Below, one piece after another: positions 10,402 to 20,278 of a stretch of 64,000 nt of DNA. Location of the stretch: contig BPHB01000001.1 of the NCBI GenBank assembly GCA_026003335.1, positions 640,591 through 704,590 of the forward strand, in the 5' to 3' direction. Position numbers and translations under genes: made by a program. Source of the DNA: Chitinophagales bacterium (GTDB taxonomy: Bacteria; Bacteroidota; Bacteroidia; Chitinophagales; CAIOSU01). The notes under the pieces were generated by a model. That model ran no database searches, had not been told where the DNA came from, and was given only the letters and a program-made list of their open reading frames with translations. The stretch's first letter is position 1, and each line of letters opens with the position of its first letter.

Positions 10402-12135
10402 TTACCCCATAACATGGCGTTTGATAGCACGGGCTATGAAGCGCACTTTCTCTCCCAGCGGGAAGCGCGACAGACTCACTTTCACCACACCCTTAGTGAG
10501 CATGGTTTTTTTGCTATAGTCAATTTTTACATCTACCAAGACCGGTTTGCCCTCTTTGCTCACTTTAAGAGCTTCGGCAATGCCGCTTTCAATTTCGTGA
10601 TCATTGTTCATGGTTATAAAGTGAGCCCCCGTAGCTTCGGCTACACCCTGCACTTTAAAGTCGCCCAGAACGGTACAGGTTTTCCGGTTTAGGGGCACAG
10701 CCTGAAACTGGGATATTTGCCCCAGTTCGCCATCATGGAATACAAAAATTACAGGCGCTATACCATACGTGGAGGCAGTAAGCAGCTCAAGACCGGTCAT
10801 CAGGAAAGCTCCATCACCTACAATACCTACCACCTGTTTGTCAGGGTTGCGAAGTTTAGCCCCGATAGCAGCGGGCACACAATAACCCATGCAGTTGAAA
10901 TCTGTTGGTGAGATGAATCCTCTGGGCTGGTAGACAGGGAACAATTCAGCAGCAAGAAAAGTATGATTGCCATCATCTACGGCCATGATTGCATCATCGC
11001 TGAGTTGTTCCCGAAGTGATTTGAAAAAATAACCTGGTGATACGATATTATCTTTTTTACCGGTTATCCATTCTGAGAAATAAGCATCATTATCTTCTTT
11101 TATCTGTGCGCCAAGGGCTTTTACATCGCGCGGTGCCGAAAATCCCCGAAGGGTGAGTTCTTCAACCAATGCCTTCAGCACATCTGTAGCGTCACCATGA
11201 ATCGCCACTTTGGTTTTATAGTTTTTGTCAAACACATCCGGATTGATATCCACATGAATGAGATTTTCTGGAATATCCATACCATAGCTGCCAGTTGCCA
11301 GCTCTGCAAAACGACAACCTACAGCAAGCAGAACATCGCACTTTGCAAAAGCCTTTCGGGCAGAAGGCTTGGCTGAGGGGCCGAACCCTACACATGTGTA
11401 AAGAGGATGATTAGCAGGAAAGGCGCTTTTTCCCTGCAGGGTGGTAGATACCGGAGCCACAAGGATTTCTGCCAGTCGGGTTGTGTAAGCTATGGCGTCC
11501 ACCGCACCCCAACCTACATAAATGCCAGGGCAGCGGGCTGAGATGAGCAGATCTGCAGCTTTTTTTACTTTTTCCCAGTCTACGGCTGGCTTGCTATAAG
11601 ACGGTGTATAAGGGATAAGCTCAGCTTCACCCTGAAACATTTGTACTTCAACCGGAAGCTCCACGAAAACCGGTCCGGGTTCACCGGAAACAGCAAGGTC
11701 GTAGGCCTTGTATATGGCCGGAATGACATCCTCGTGCTTTTCAGGTCTGAAATATCCTTTGGTGACCGCAGACGTCATTTTCTGCTGATCAATCTGATGC
11801 AGTTGATAGTAACGGCCTGTGTCTCTGCGTGTACCTCCGGAGATAACCAACATAGGAATGCCATCCAGAAAAGCTTCACCCATGCCACTCATCGCAAGGG
11901 CGGTACCTGCAGCAGGCACGATAGCACATACGCCAATGCTGTTTGAAGTGCGGGAAACAGCATCTGCAGCGAAGGCGGCACATCCCTCATGGGTTACCAG
12001 AATAGGTTTTATTTGCTGTGACGAATTCAGGGCGTCATAGAGCTCCGTGTTATGAACCCCGGGAATGCCGAAAGTATTTTTTACTCCGATTTGCTCCAGC
12101 GCATATACAGCAAGTTGAGCTCCGTTTCTTTTCAT
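10402..12135 (-). CDS. thiamine-pyrophosphate-dependent enzyme (acetolactate-synthase-like family)
   Basis: N-terminal TPP Pyr domain (FGIPGVHNTELYDAL) and C-terminal TPP-binding motif GDGAFLMTGLELLTASTYGIAPVIFVFHDG. Substrate specificity cannot be assigned from sequence. Confidence 0.85.
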   Translation of the reverse strand: MKRNGAQLAVYALEQIGVKNTFGIPGVHNTELYDALNSSQQIKPILVTHEGCAAFAADAVSRTSNSIGVCAIVPAAGTALAMSGMGEAFLDGIPMLVISGGTRRDTGRYYQLHQIDQQKMTSAVTKGYFRPEKHEDVIPAIYKAYDLAVSGEPGPVFVELPVEVQMFQGEAELIPYTPSYSKPAVDWEKVKKAADLLISARCPGIYVGWGAVDAIAYTTRLAEILVAPVSTTLQGKSAFPANHPLYTCVGFGPSAKPSARKAFAKCDVLLAVGCRFAELATGSYGMDIPENLIHVDINPDVFDKNYKTKVAIHGDATDVLKALVEELTLRGFSAPRDVKALGAQIKEDNDAYFSEWITGKKDNIVSPGYFFKSLREQLSDDAIMAVDDGNHTFLAAELFPVYQPRGFISPTDFNCMGYCVPAAIGAKLRNPDKQVVGIVGDGAFLMTGLELLTASTYGIAPVIFVFHDGELGQISQFQAVPLNRKTCTVLGDFKVQGVAEATGAHFITMNNDHEIESGIAEALKVSKEGKPVLVDVKIDYSKKTMLTKGVVKVSLSRFPLGEKVRFIARAIKRHVMG

Positions 12136-12226
12136 AAGGTGAATTGTTTGTAAGCTAAGTTAGGGGTTATTGAGTGGATAACCTAAATGCTCTTGTAAGA
12201 AATGCAGGAGAACACGCTATCCGCTT

Positions 12227-13849
12227 CTACTTTCCTGCCAGGCTTCTTGCTGTCATGCGGGCAGTTAAAATACATCCGCCCAGGAAGGTTCCTTCCAGCG
12301 AGCCGATACCGTGCATCCCACCTCCGCCAAAACCAGCAGCCTCCCCGACAGCATATAGCCCTGCAATAGGTTCCTGCTGCCCATTCACCGGTTTGGAAAG
12401 CACCCTGCCTTCCAAATCAGTCTGTATCCCACCCAAGGTTTTTCTGGAGAGGATGAACTCACGAATGGCTATCAGCGGTAATGCCTTCTTATCATAGATT
12501 TTCTGAAACTTACACGTACGCACCCGGTCGCCCCGATATTGACGTGCATGAGCAATGCGCCTGAGTTGTTCATCATTGTGATAAGGCCGCCCGCGATCAA
12601 TATTAGCATCATACGTTTCAATAGCCTCTTTTAACAGCCGAACATCTACATCCTCATTACCCTGTAAGCGATTCATTTTTTCTGCCAGTTCTTCAATAGT
12701 GTTTGCTGTAACAAAATCCACACAATTTTCAATCATATCCTTCACCAACTCTTTATTTCCGGTGAGGATTGTCCAGATAAATTTCAACCATTTCTTATCG
12801 CGGATAGCCGGATTATGCTCTGCTCCGGAGATGGCAAATTCCTTTAGCGCGATTTTCATATTCAGCACCTGCCAGGAGTACTTTTTCTTTTGTTTGCATA
12901 TTTGCTCCACCAGAAACCGGGTGTCATAAGCTGTTACCAGCGGCATAGGTCCTATGCGCTCGCCCCGATAGTTCAGCCATAGGGCAGATTTGCAGGGGAC
13001 CAGACTCAGTCCGTGATTTTCTTTTCTTGGTCGCGGGTGATGTACCCCTGCAGCATAAGGCCAGCTCCAGTCAAGATGAGTAATATGTGCATTGTATTTT
13101 TCCGCAATATCATGCAGCTCTCCTAATGCAAAACGGTGTGATCCGTTGAGGATAATTTCGGGAGGCTCACCCCAGGGTTTGTACCATTGCCTTTTCACCC
13201 GCTCAATGTTGCCTCCCATGCCTCCGGCAGCGATTACTACGGCATCAGCCTCAATACGGAAAGGATGGCCTTCTGGTTCAGTGACGCCTGTCAGCCCTGA
13301 TGCACGTTTGTTAGTGAAGCTTATATCGGTAACCCGATGTCCGAAAAGCAGCGTAAGATTCTGGCGCCTGGGATGTGACAGCAGATGTTGAATTAAGGTA
13401 GTAGTCAGCCCATAGCCGGTACCCCAAACCATGTGAAAACGGGGCACTGAATTGCCGGGTTTGAATAAGCCGCGCTCTACCCAATGCACCACAGGGAAAA
13501 AGCTAATCCCTTTGTTTCTCAGCCAGCGAAAAACTTCAGGTGTACAGTTATAGACATAATTTTCAGCATGCTTTTTAGGCCAGTAATCGTCTTCTCCAAA
13601 CTCTGCCACCGAATGCCAGTCTCTGAGAGCCAGTTCCACATGATCCCGAATGCCCAACCTGCGCTGATAAGGGGTATCCACAAAAAACATTCCTCCGAAG
13701 GATTCTTTTGCAAGCCCTCCGAAGTTCTCCTGCAGATCACGGTCTGCAATTACCACTTTTTTACCGTATTCCAGAAGTTCCAGAGCGGTAGTGATTGCGG
13801 CAATACCCCCACCCGCAATAGCTACATCTGCCTTGTAAGTGTGCTGCAT
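12227..13849 (-). CDS. FAD-binding dehydrogenase (fumarate-reductase/KsdD-like flavoprotein family)
   Basis: The N-terminus DVAIAGGGIAAITTALELLEYGKKVVIADR is a Rossmann FAD motif. The C-terminus GLYAVGEAAGFGGGGMHG is typical of this flavoprotein family. Confidence 0.8.
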   Translation of the reverse strand: MQHTYKADVAIAGGGIAAITTALELLEYGKKVVIADRDLQENFGGLAKESFGGMFFVDTPYQRRLGIRDHVELALRDWHSVAEFGEDDYWPKKHAENYVYNCTPEVFRWLRNKGISFFPVVHWVERGLFKPGNSVPRFHMVWGTGYGLTTTLIQHLLSHPRRQNLTLLFGHRVTDISFTNKRASGLTGVTEPEGHPFRIEADAVVIAAGGMGGNIERVKRQWYKPWGEPPEIILNGSHRFALGELHDIAEKYNAHITHLDWSWPYAAGVHHPRPRKENHGLSLVPCKSALWLNYRGERIGPMPLVTAYDTRFLVEQICKQKKKYSWQVLNMKIALKEFAISGAEHNPAIRDKKWLKFIWTILTGNKELVKDMIENCVDFVTANTIEELAEKMNRLQGNEDVDVRLLKEAIETYDANIDRGRPYHNDEQLRRIAHARQYRGDRVRTCKFQKIYDKKALPLIAIREFILSRKTLGGIQTDLEGRVLSKPVNGQQEPIAGLYAVGEAAGFGGGGMHGIGSLEGTFLGGCILTARMTARSLAGK

Positions 13850-14058
13850 AACGTTTTTAAGTTGTTACAGGTAAAGATAAATAATTCACAGCCCCTGTAT
13901 TTTAAATACCCGAACTCAAGAAGGCTTTATGGGCTGAATGGCGATCATGTAAAACCAGCTGCACTCGTCTGTTGAAGTACGGCTGCTTATACATCAGGCC
14001 TAAAGGGCAACAGAAGTTTCCATAGTAGCTACACCAGGTGGTATTGCCCCCTTCCCCG

Positions 14059-17000
14059 TTACCGTGCAATAATGACCTTCTGCACCAACGAAGTGTTGGT
14101 TCCGATGACCCGCAGGAAATAAACCCCTGGAGCCAGTGCACCTACCTGCAGAGAAGTACTGATGTGTTTAGTGCCCGCAAAGGCATTACCCAACACAACC
14201 ATCCCGGTGAGGTCAACCAGCTCTATATACAGGCTGCCTGTTTCGGGCCATTGTGCTTCTATAAACAACCTGTCAGCAACCGGATTGGGGAACAGAGTAA
14301 TGCTGGCTTGTAGCGCGGGCTGATGTATGGCCGTAATTACCGTAACGGCAACCGAAGCAAATGCAATACAACCATTGCTGTCGGTGACGGTTACCGAATA
14401 GTTACCCGGAGCTAGTCCGGAGGCAGTGGGTGTGGTTTGGACGGGCGATGTATTCCATTGATAGGAATAAGGCGGAGTGCCTCCGGATGGCGTTACAGAA
14501 GCTGTACCATCCTGGGCAGAAGCTGATGAAGCCGGTGTTGAGCTGGTAGTGAGCGTTAGGGCATCAGGTTCAGTGATTACCGCGCTGGCAGTAGCTGTAC
14601 ATCCTTTAGCATCTGTAACAGTTACCCCATAGTTGCCCGCAGAAAGATTGTTTTGGTCTTTTGCCGAGGAACCATTACTCCACGTGTAGGAATAGGGAGC
14701 TGTTCCTCCGCTCACCAGCAGCGTGATAGCTCCATCATTGGCATTACGGCAAGTAATGTTACTTGCGGTAGCATGCACTACCAACGCTGCTGCGGGCTGC
14801 GAAACGATAGCGCTGGTTGTAGCTGTACAACCATTTGCATCTGTAACGGTCACCACATAGCTACCCGCAGTGAGGCCGGTTATTCCGGTTCCCGATTGAC
14901 CGTTGCCCCACGCATACAGATAGGGCGGAGTGCCTCCTGTAGCTGTAGCAGCAGCACCCCCATCATTGCCACCAAAACAACTTACGGAGGTTACGCTTAC
15001 CTGAGGATTCAATGCCATTGGCTGGTTAACAGTTACGGAAGCGGATGCCGTACATCCGGATCCATCGGTAACTACCAGCGAGTAGGTTCCCGCACGGAGA
15101 TTTGTAGCAAAAACTCCGCTCTGGGAATTGCTCCACTGATAAACGTAGGGAGGAGTCCCTCCGGACACATTGGCTGTAGCTGTTCCGTTATTTCCACCAA
15201 AACAGCTCACATCGGTTTTGTTTATGCTTATAACAATAGGCGATGGCTGCGTGAGAGTTACATTGACGGATGCCACACAGGCATTGACATCTTTCACTGT
15301 AATAGTATAATTACCTGCGGACAATCCGCTGAAGGTAGGCGAAATCTGGAAGTTAGTACCGTCCAGGGAATAGGTATACGGTGCATTGCCCCCGGAAGCG
15401 CTTACAGTCACCGAACCATCTGCTCCACCGCTGCAGCTGACATTAGTTTGGGACTGCACGGCTATTGTGGGGCCATTGACATTACCTATTGTTACTGAAA
15501 GCGTCACGCTGCATCCGCCAGCATCCGTGATAGTCACCGAATAAATACCCGCCAAAAGATTGGACGCGGTTGGAGTATTTTGTACGGGAGTAGTATTCCA
15601 GGTGTAAGTATGGGGGGTAGTCCCTCCGAAAGCTGTAACGGTAGCTGAACCATTGGCTACTCCGCAATCAGCATTGGTCAGGGAAGTAACACTTGCCGTC
15701 AGGCTACCTGAGGAAGCCACAACAACTGCAGATGCCGTTGCTGTACAACCATTTGCATCTGTCACAGTCACTGTATACGTGCTTGGCGGAAGTCCGTTGA
15801 GGCTAGCTGACGTGCTACCGGTGTTCCACAGATAAGTATAGCCTCCTCCACCGCTGGTAACCATTGCCGTAACGGTACCGTCTGATGCAGTGCAGGTTGC
15901 ATCGGTTTTGGAAACAGTGACATTTACAGCCGGATGCACAGTTATGTAATTTGTTCTGGAAAGTGTGTCAGAGCCTCCGGCATTGGTTACGATAAGAGTC
16001 ACGTTATAGCTGCCGGAGGTATTGTAAGTGACCACAGGATTCTGGCTGGTAGAAACAGAAGGCGACCCTCCGGGAAATATCCAATTCCATTGGGTGGGGT
16101 TATTGGTTGACAGATCGGTAAATTGTACGCTCACCGAGCCACACCCGGTTTGCGGCACAGCCGAAAAATCAGCTACCGGGGCAACTGGCTGCTCACACAC
16201 CACTGGTAAAATTACATTTGCAATAGGTGCTCCATACGCATCAACATAAGAATACCACGTTCCTCCACTCCATTGTTCCCAGCCATTCCCAAAAGGACCT
16301 GACCCGGTGGTGGTCCATAAAGCAACAGTGTCACCGGCAGCCGTAGGCAGCACTACTCCTACAAAAAATGAATCACTGGGCAACACCGGCTCACTGGGGA
16401 AGGGCACATACAAAAGTTCATCATTCTGAACAGATGCAATGATAGTGCTGAAAGTAACCGTATTGCTCGCCAACACAGTGCCGGGACTTCCACCCGGGCC
16501 GCTGTCGCTCCATACACGAAATGTAACCGTACGCGTAGGCACCGATGACGTAGCCACCGCAAAGTAGAAAAGCGCTCCGGTTATCTTGTCCCCCGCTGTT
16601 GCTCCGAATTTCTCTGCCTTGGCCCAGTCTCCATAGCTGTTGTTTCCGGAAAGGTAACCCGAATTGGGTGAAACGAAAGTGTAGAGAGTCAGCGAATCTG
16701 TGGCAGTAATATTGGATAGGGTATCACAGCCAGCTCCTCCCAAAGGAATACAAGTAAGCGTAACAGAAGCAATTGCTGAACAGCCCGCACTGTCCGTAAC
16801 CGTAACCGAATAATTTCCGTCAGTCATATTAGAGGCCGTTTGCGTGTATTGTGGAGGCACAGTATTCCATGCATACGAGTAGGGAGGCGTGCCTCCGCTG
16901 GGCGTTACAGTTGCAGAGCCGTTGGCTTGTCCGCAATTGGGTGATACCGTAGCTGTAATAGAGGCAGTAAGTCCACTACTATTATTAATCACTATGGATG

Positions 17001-18438
17001 CAGTGTCTGAACAACCATTGACATCCACTACAGTAACAGTATACAAACCCGGAGTAAGGTTGATCGGATCAGGCATGGTGCTGCCATGGCTCCAGAAATA
17101 CTGAAAGGGAGGCGTGCCTCCGCTAACACTGCTGGTAATGGTTCCATTTGCAGCAGCACAACCTGCATCTGTTTTGGACAATGAAACAGTGAGCTGCGGG
17201 TAAACGGTGATATAATTGGTCTGGGTCAGGGTATCAGAACCGGTAGCATTGGAGACCTGCAGAGTCACCGAATATACACCAGGCACACTATAAGAAACCA
17301 CAGGGTTTTGGTCTGTGGACGAAGAGGGCACCCCACCCGGAAAACTCCAGTTCCACTGAGTAGGGCTATTCAGCGACAGATCGGTAAACTGCACATTCAC
17401 GGTGCCGCACCCACTCCGGGGCGAGGCCGTAAAATCAGCTACCGGAGGATTGGCGGGCGCACACACCACCGGCAGAATTACATTTCCTATTGGTGCGCTA
17501 TAAGCATAAGCATAAGAATACCACGTTCCTCCACTCCATTGTTCCCAGCCATTGCCCAAGGGACCTGACCCGGTAGTCGTCCAGAGGGCAACGGTGTCTC
17601 CAGCAGCCGTGGGCAACTGCACCCCAACGAAAAATGAGTCATTAGGCAATACAGGTTCTGTGGGAAAAGCTACATAAAGCAACTCATCATTTTGAACCGA
17701 AGTGATGATGTCGCTGAAAGCAACCGAGCTGCTGGCAAGCACCGTACCCGGACTGCCCCCGGGACCGTTATCACTCCATACGGTAAACGTTACCGTACGG
17801 GTAGGAACAGGTGAAGTGGCTACGGCAAAATAGAAAAAGGCTCCGGTTACTTTATCGCCTGCAGCCGCCCCGAATTTTTCAGCTTTTGCCATATCGCCAA
17901 AGTTGTTATTGCCTGAAAGATAACCTCCACTGGCGAAAGTATAGAGGGTCAGCGTATCTGTGGCAGTAATGTTTGACAAAGTATCACAGGCAGAAGCCTG
18001 TGGAGCGCATACCTGTAAGGAATAGGTAAACCCAAAGGCGCTCAGGCTGGTATCTATAGTAACAGGCACGCCTACATTCACCCACACTCTTACAAGAAAA
18101 TCCAGCGGATAAGTGCCAACAGCAGCAGCAGTGGTTCCCGAAAACAGAATACAGCCATTGCTTCCTCCCGGAATCGCTGCCGGTGAGGGATTGATGGCAT
18201 AGCCTATACCGGTGGGCAGTCCTGTTATACTCAACAGTAATACGGAATCTATGGTTGCCCCACCAAACGAAGTAGGAATATGCAGTTGCACAACCTCGCT
18301 GTAAGGAGAGCCCTGTGTGATGCAGGGAAGGGATGCAGGTGTAAAACCATCCGTAGTGTTACTACTATCCACTACGCATTGGGCTGCTAACAGAGTGGCT
18401 GATGCAAGAATAGTGAATGAAAGGAATAGATTTTTCAT
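14059..18438 (-). CDS. T9SS-secreted cell-surface adhesin-like protein (unassigned module + PKD domains + 9 SprB-type repeats + T9SS C-terminal sorting domain)
   Basis: Signal peptide MKNLFLSFTILASATLLAAQ. Two PKD-like domains (ADFTASPRSGCGTVNVQFTDLS.., ADFSAVPQTGCGSVSVQFTDLS..). Nine C-x-G-x-N-G...GGTxPYxYxW SprB-type repeats. The last 80 aa (ITLFPNPVADRLFIE...GVYFLRVIG...QKVIIAR, nt 14062-14301) form the sorting domain. Confidence 0.9.
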   Translation of the reverse strand: MKNLFLSFTILASATLLAAQCVVDSSNTTDGFTPASLPCITQGSPYSEVVQLHIPTSFGGATIDSVLLLSITGLPTGIGYAINPSPAAIPGGSNGCILFSGTTAAAVGTYPLDFLVRVWVNVGVPVTIDTSLSAFGFTYSLQVCAPQASACDTLSNITATDTLTLYTFASGGYLSGNNNFGDMAKAEKFGAAAGDKVTGAFFYFAVATSPVPTRTVTFTVWSDNGPGGSPGTVLASSSVAFSDIITSVQNDELLYVAFPTEPVLPNDSFFVGVQLPTAAGDTVALWTTTGSGPLGNGWEQWSGGTWYSYAYAYSAPIGNVILPVVCAPANPPVADFTASPRSGCGTVNVQFTDLSLNSPTQWNWSFPGGVPSSSTDQNPVVSYSVPGVYSVTLQVSNATGSDTLTQTNYITVYPQLTVSLSKTDAGCAAANGTITSSVSGGTPPFQYFWSHGSTMPDPINLTPGLYTVTVVDVNGCSDTASIVINNSSGLTASITATVSPNCGQANGSATVTPSGGTPPYSYAWNTVPPQYTQTASNMTDGNYSVTVTDSAGCSAIASVTLTCIPLGGAGCDTLSNITATDSLTLYTFVSPNSGYLSGNNSYGDWAKAEKFGATAGDKITGALFYFAVATSSVPTRTVTFRVWSDSGPGGSPGTVLASNTVTFSTIIASVQNDELLYVPFPSEPVLPSDSFFVGVVLPTAAGDTVALWTTTGSGPFGNGWEQWSGGTWYSYVDAYGAPIANVILPVVCEQPVAPVADFSAVPQTGCGSVSVQFTDLSTNNPTQWNWIFPGGSPSVSTSQNPVVTYNTSGSYNVTLIVTNAGGSDTLSRTNYITVHPAVNVTVSKTDATCTASDGTVTAMVTSGGGGYTYLWNTGSTSASLNGLPPSTYTVTVTDANGCTATASAVVVASSGSLTASVTSLTNADCGVANGSATVTAFGGTTPHTYTWNTTPVQNTPTASNLLAGIYSVTITDAGGCSVTLSVTIGNVNGPTIAVQSQTNVSCSGGADGSVTVSASGGNAPYTYSLDGTNFQISPTFSGLSAGNYTITVKDVNACVASVNVTLTQPSPIVISINKTDVSCFGGNNGTATANVSGGTPPYVYQWSNSQSGVFATNLRAGTYSLVVTDGSGCTASASVTVNQPMALNPQVSVTSVSCFGGNDGGAAATATGGTPPYLYAWGNGQSGTGITGLTAGSYVVTVTDANGCTATTSAIVSQPAAALVVHATASNITCRNANDGAITLLVSGGTAPYSYTWSNGSSAKDQNNLSAGNYGVTVTDAKGCTATASAVITEPDALTLTTSSTPASSASAQDGTASVTPSGGTPPYSYQWNTSPVQTTPTASGLAPGNYSVTVTDSNGCIAFASVAVTVITAIHQPALQASITLFPNPVADRLFIEAQWPETGSLYIELVDLTGMVVLGNAFAGTKHISTSLQVGALAPGVYFLRVIGTNTSLVQKVIIAR
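15469..17988 (-). repeat. intragenic tandem duplication, 2 x 1260 bp (2 x 420 aa)
   Basis: Adhesin residues 151-570 and 571-990 align colinearly, both starting CDTLSNITATD. At DNA level the anchor gtatcaca occurs at 17981-17988 and again at 16721-16728, exactly 1260 nt apart. I estimate about 80% identity by eye. Confidence 0.85.
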
Positions 18439-18593
18439 GAAATATGCTATTTAAGTAAAGTCCACAATAATAAGGAAACTTCTTCCTGTATAAAAGAATA
18501 CACGGAAAAACTTTCAGATGCCGGTAATACTCTGAAAAGCAGATAGAGAGGCTGTAGAATGTTTCGAAAAAAAGTTTAGCTATAAAACGGTCT

Positions 18594-19946
18594 TTACTGA
18601 AAAATCAGCTTGTGCCGGATTACACGCGCTGGATCCGCATCCGGGATGACGGCCAAAAGAAATATCCCTGTCCCCAGATCAGATTTCTGAATTTTAAGAG
18701 CTTCATTTACATAACGATAGGTTTTTACCCTGCGACCCAGATTATCAAACACTGCTATGGAAGCACTTTGCACAGAGGGTGGCAATTGCACTTGCACTGC
18801 ATGGTCAGAAGGAACAGGAGCCACCAGCATAGCATCATCAGTAACGAGAGTCAAACCGGTGGAAGTCACCGTATCCGGCTCAGGAATAGGCAATCCGCAC
18901 GGAGCCGGCAACCATCCGGCATCTTTCAGATTTTGATTGCACCTGATACCCGTGAGCTCTTCATACAAAAAATCACGAATAAACCAGACGGTAGTGTCCA
19001 CCAGCGGCTTTTTTGAAGGTTGAAAAGCAAAGTAATTGGTAAAGTCCACGTGACCACCTCCGCGCCAGGTAAAAAAAGGATTGTTGATACCCAGGCGTGC
19101 TGTACGGTATTTTATGCTTGCACTACCATCTACCATGATGATAGAGTTACGCTGTACTTCAATCACTTCGGAACAGTAGGGCACCGTTCCGTCATCGGTT
19201 CCATGCATACTTACCATGGGCGGATCATCGGCATCAATCCAGGAGGTATCCCCTATCGCACCGGCAAGGTTAATAATGCCCCTGATACGGGTGGAATAAC
19301 CCGGATTGCCGCTGCTGCCTTCCAGGCCACCAAGAGTTTGAGCAATATCACGAAACCATTGCGGCACTTCCAGTTCATTATCGATATAGCCTGCATGAAT
19401 GCCGATAAAAGCTCCGGCTGACACGCCTCCCATAAAAATTTTGTTTGTGTCAATACGGTACGTATTTGTGGTAGCAGCATCTTTATAAAAAAAGCGGATA
19501 GCTGCCTTGGCATCCTGCACCGCACGTATCACAGCCTTAAGCATATTCAAAGAATCCACCGTAGGTACACCTATACGATATTTAATGGAGGCTGTCACAA
19601 AACCTCTGGTGGTAAGCTCATTGCATAATGCAATGATATCCGGACTCTCTTTGGCTCCTAACAAAAAACTGCCCCCGAAAGCCAGTATCACCAGCGGTCT
19701 TTTGGATAGCGTATCATCTTTGGGCTGGAAAATGTACATATCCAAGGTCTCTGTATTTCCCTGATAATTGACTGCACTTCCGTAAACCACCGGTGAAGGT
19801 AAGTTCGTGGGAATAGGGAAAGTCTGCCAGTTGAAAAAGTCCGGAAATATTTTGTCATAATACCTTCCGCTGCACTGCGCATCCAGGTGACCTGCAGGCA
19901 ACGTGATCCAGGTCACGGCCAGCATAAAAAACAATGTCCTTTTCAT
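18594..19946 (-). CDS. secreted alpha/beta-hydrolase esterase/lipase with T9SS C-terminal sorting domain
   Basis: Signal peptide present. Nucleophile elbow GGVSAGA, and RFFYKDAATTNTYRIDTNKIFMGG is a carboxylesterase-like motif. The C-terminal 80 aa or so (VQVQLP...IAVFDNLGRRV...GIFLLAVI...HKLIFQ) form the sorting domain. Confidence 0.8.
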   Translation of the reverse strand: MKRTLFFMLAVTWITLPAGHLDAQCSGRYYDKIFPDFFNWQTFPIPTNLPSPVVYGSAVNYQGNTETLDMYIFQPKDDTLSKRPLVILAFGGSFLLGAKESPDIIALCNELTTRGFVTASIKYRIGVPTVDSLNMLKAVIRAVQDAKAAIRFFYKDAATTNTYRIDTNKIFMGGVSAGAFIGIHAGYIDNELEVPQWFRDIAQTLGGLEGSSGNPGYSTRIRGIINLAGAIGDTSWIDADDPPMVSMHGTDDGTVPYCSEVIEVQRNSIIMVDGSASIKYRTARLGINNPFFTWRGGGHVDFTNYFAFQPSKKPLVDTTVWFIRDFLYEELTGIRCNQNLKDAGWLPAPCGLPIPEPDTVTSTGLTLVTDDAMLVAPVPSDHAVQVQLPPSVQSASIAVFDNLGRRVKTYRYVNEALKIQKSDLGTGIFLLAVIPDADPARVIRHKLIFQ

Positions 19947-20278
19947 GTTTGCTGTATTCGGAATTAGATGAAAAACGGGGCGAAAGTTAAGGGAATTTTA
20001 TGAGGTTGTTAATTAAAATACATACAATGCGTGGACTTTTCCTGGGTATTTTTAACACCCCAGCATTTTCCCCGCAGAAGGTTTTTCTCTTGCAGCATGT
20101 TTAAAACTACACGGCTTAAGAAATGCAATTTTTGCACCCAGACATGCAATTTTTTCCATATTTAAAACGAAAATTTGTCAGTGCAATCAACGTGACCAGT
20201 GCAAAAATCCTATGGCATTGCATTTGCTAAGCGGATAATTGAAAATATATGGTTTAACCCTAAAAAAAGGAGGTGCAT

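Noticed and set aside
14653-15498. 281-aa ORF on the plus strand inside the adhesin gene, plus several 60-90-aa ORFs nearby.
   Set aside because: It is antisense to a 1459-aa gene with clear domain structure. Its translation is low-complexity and C/S/G/R-rich with no motifs. Long antisense frames like this are expected in repetitive Gly/Thr/Ser-rich coding DNA.
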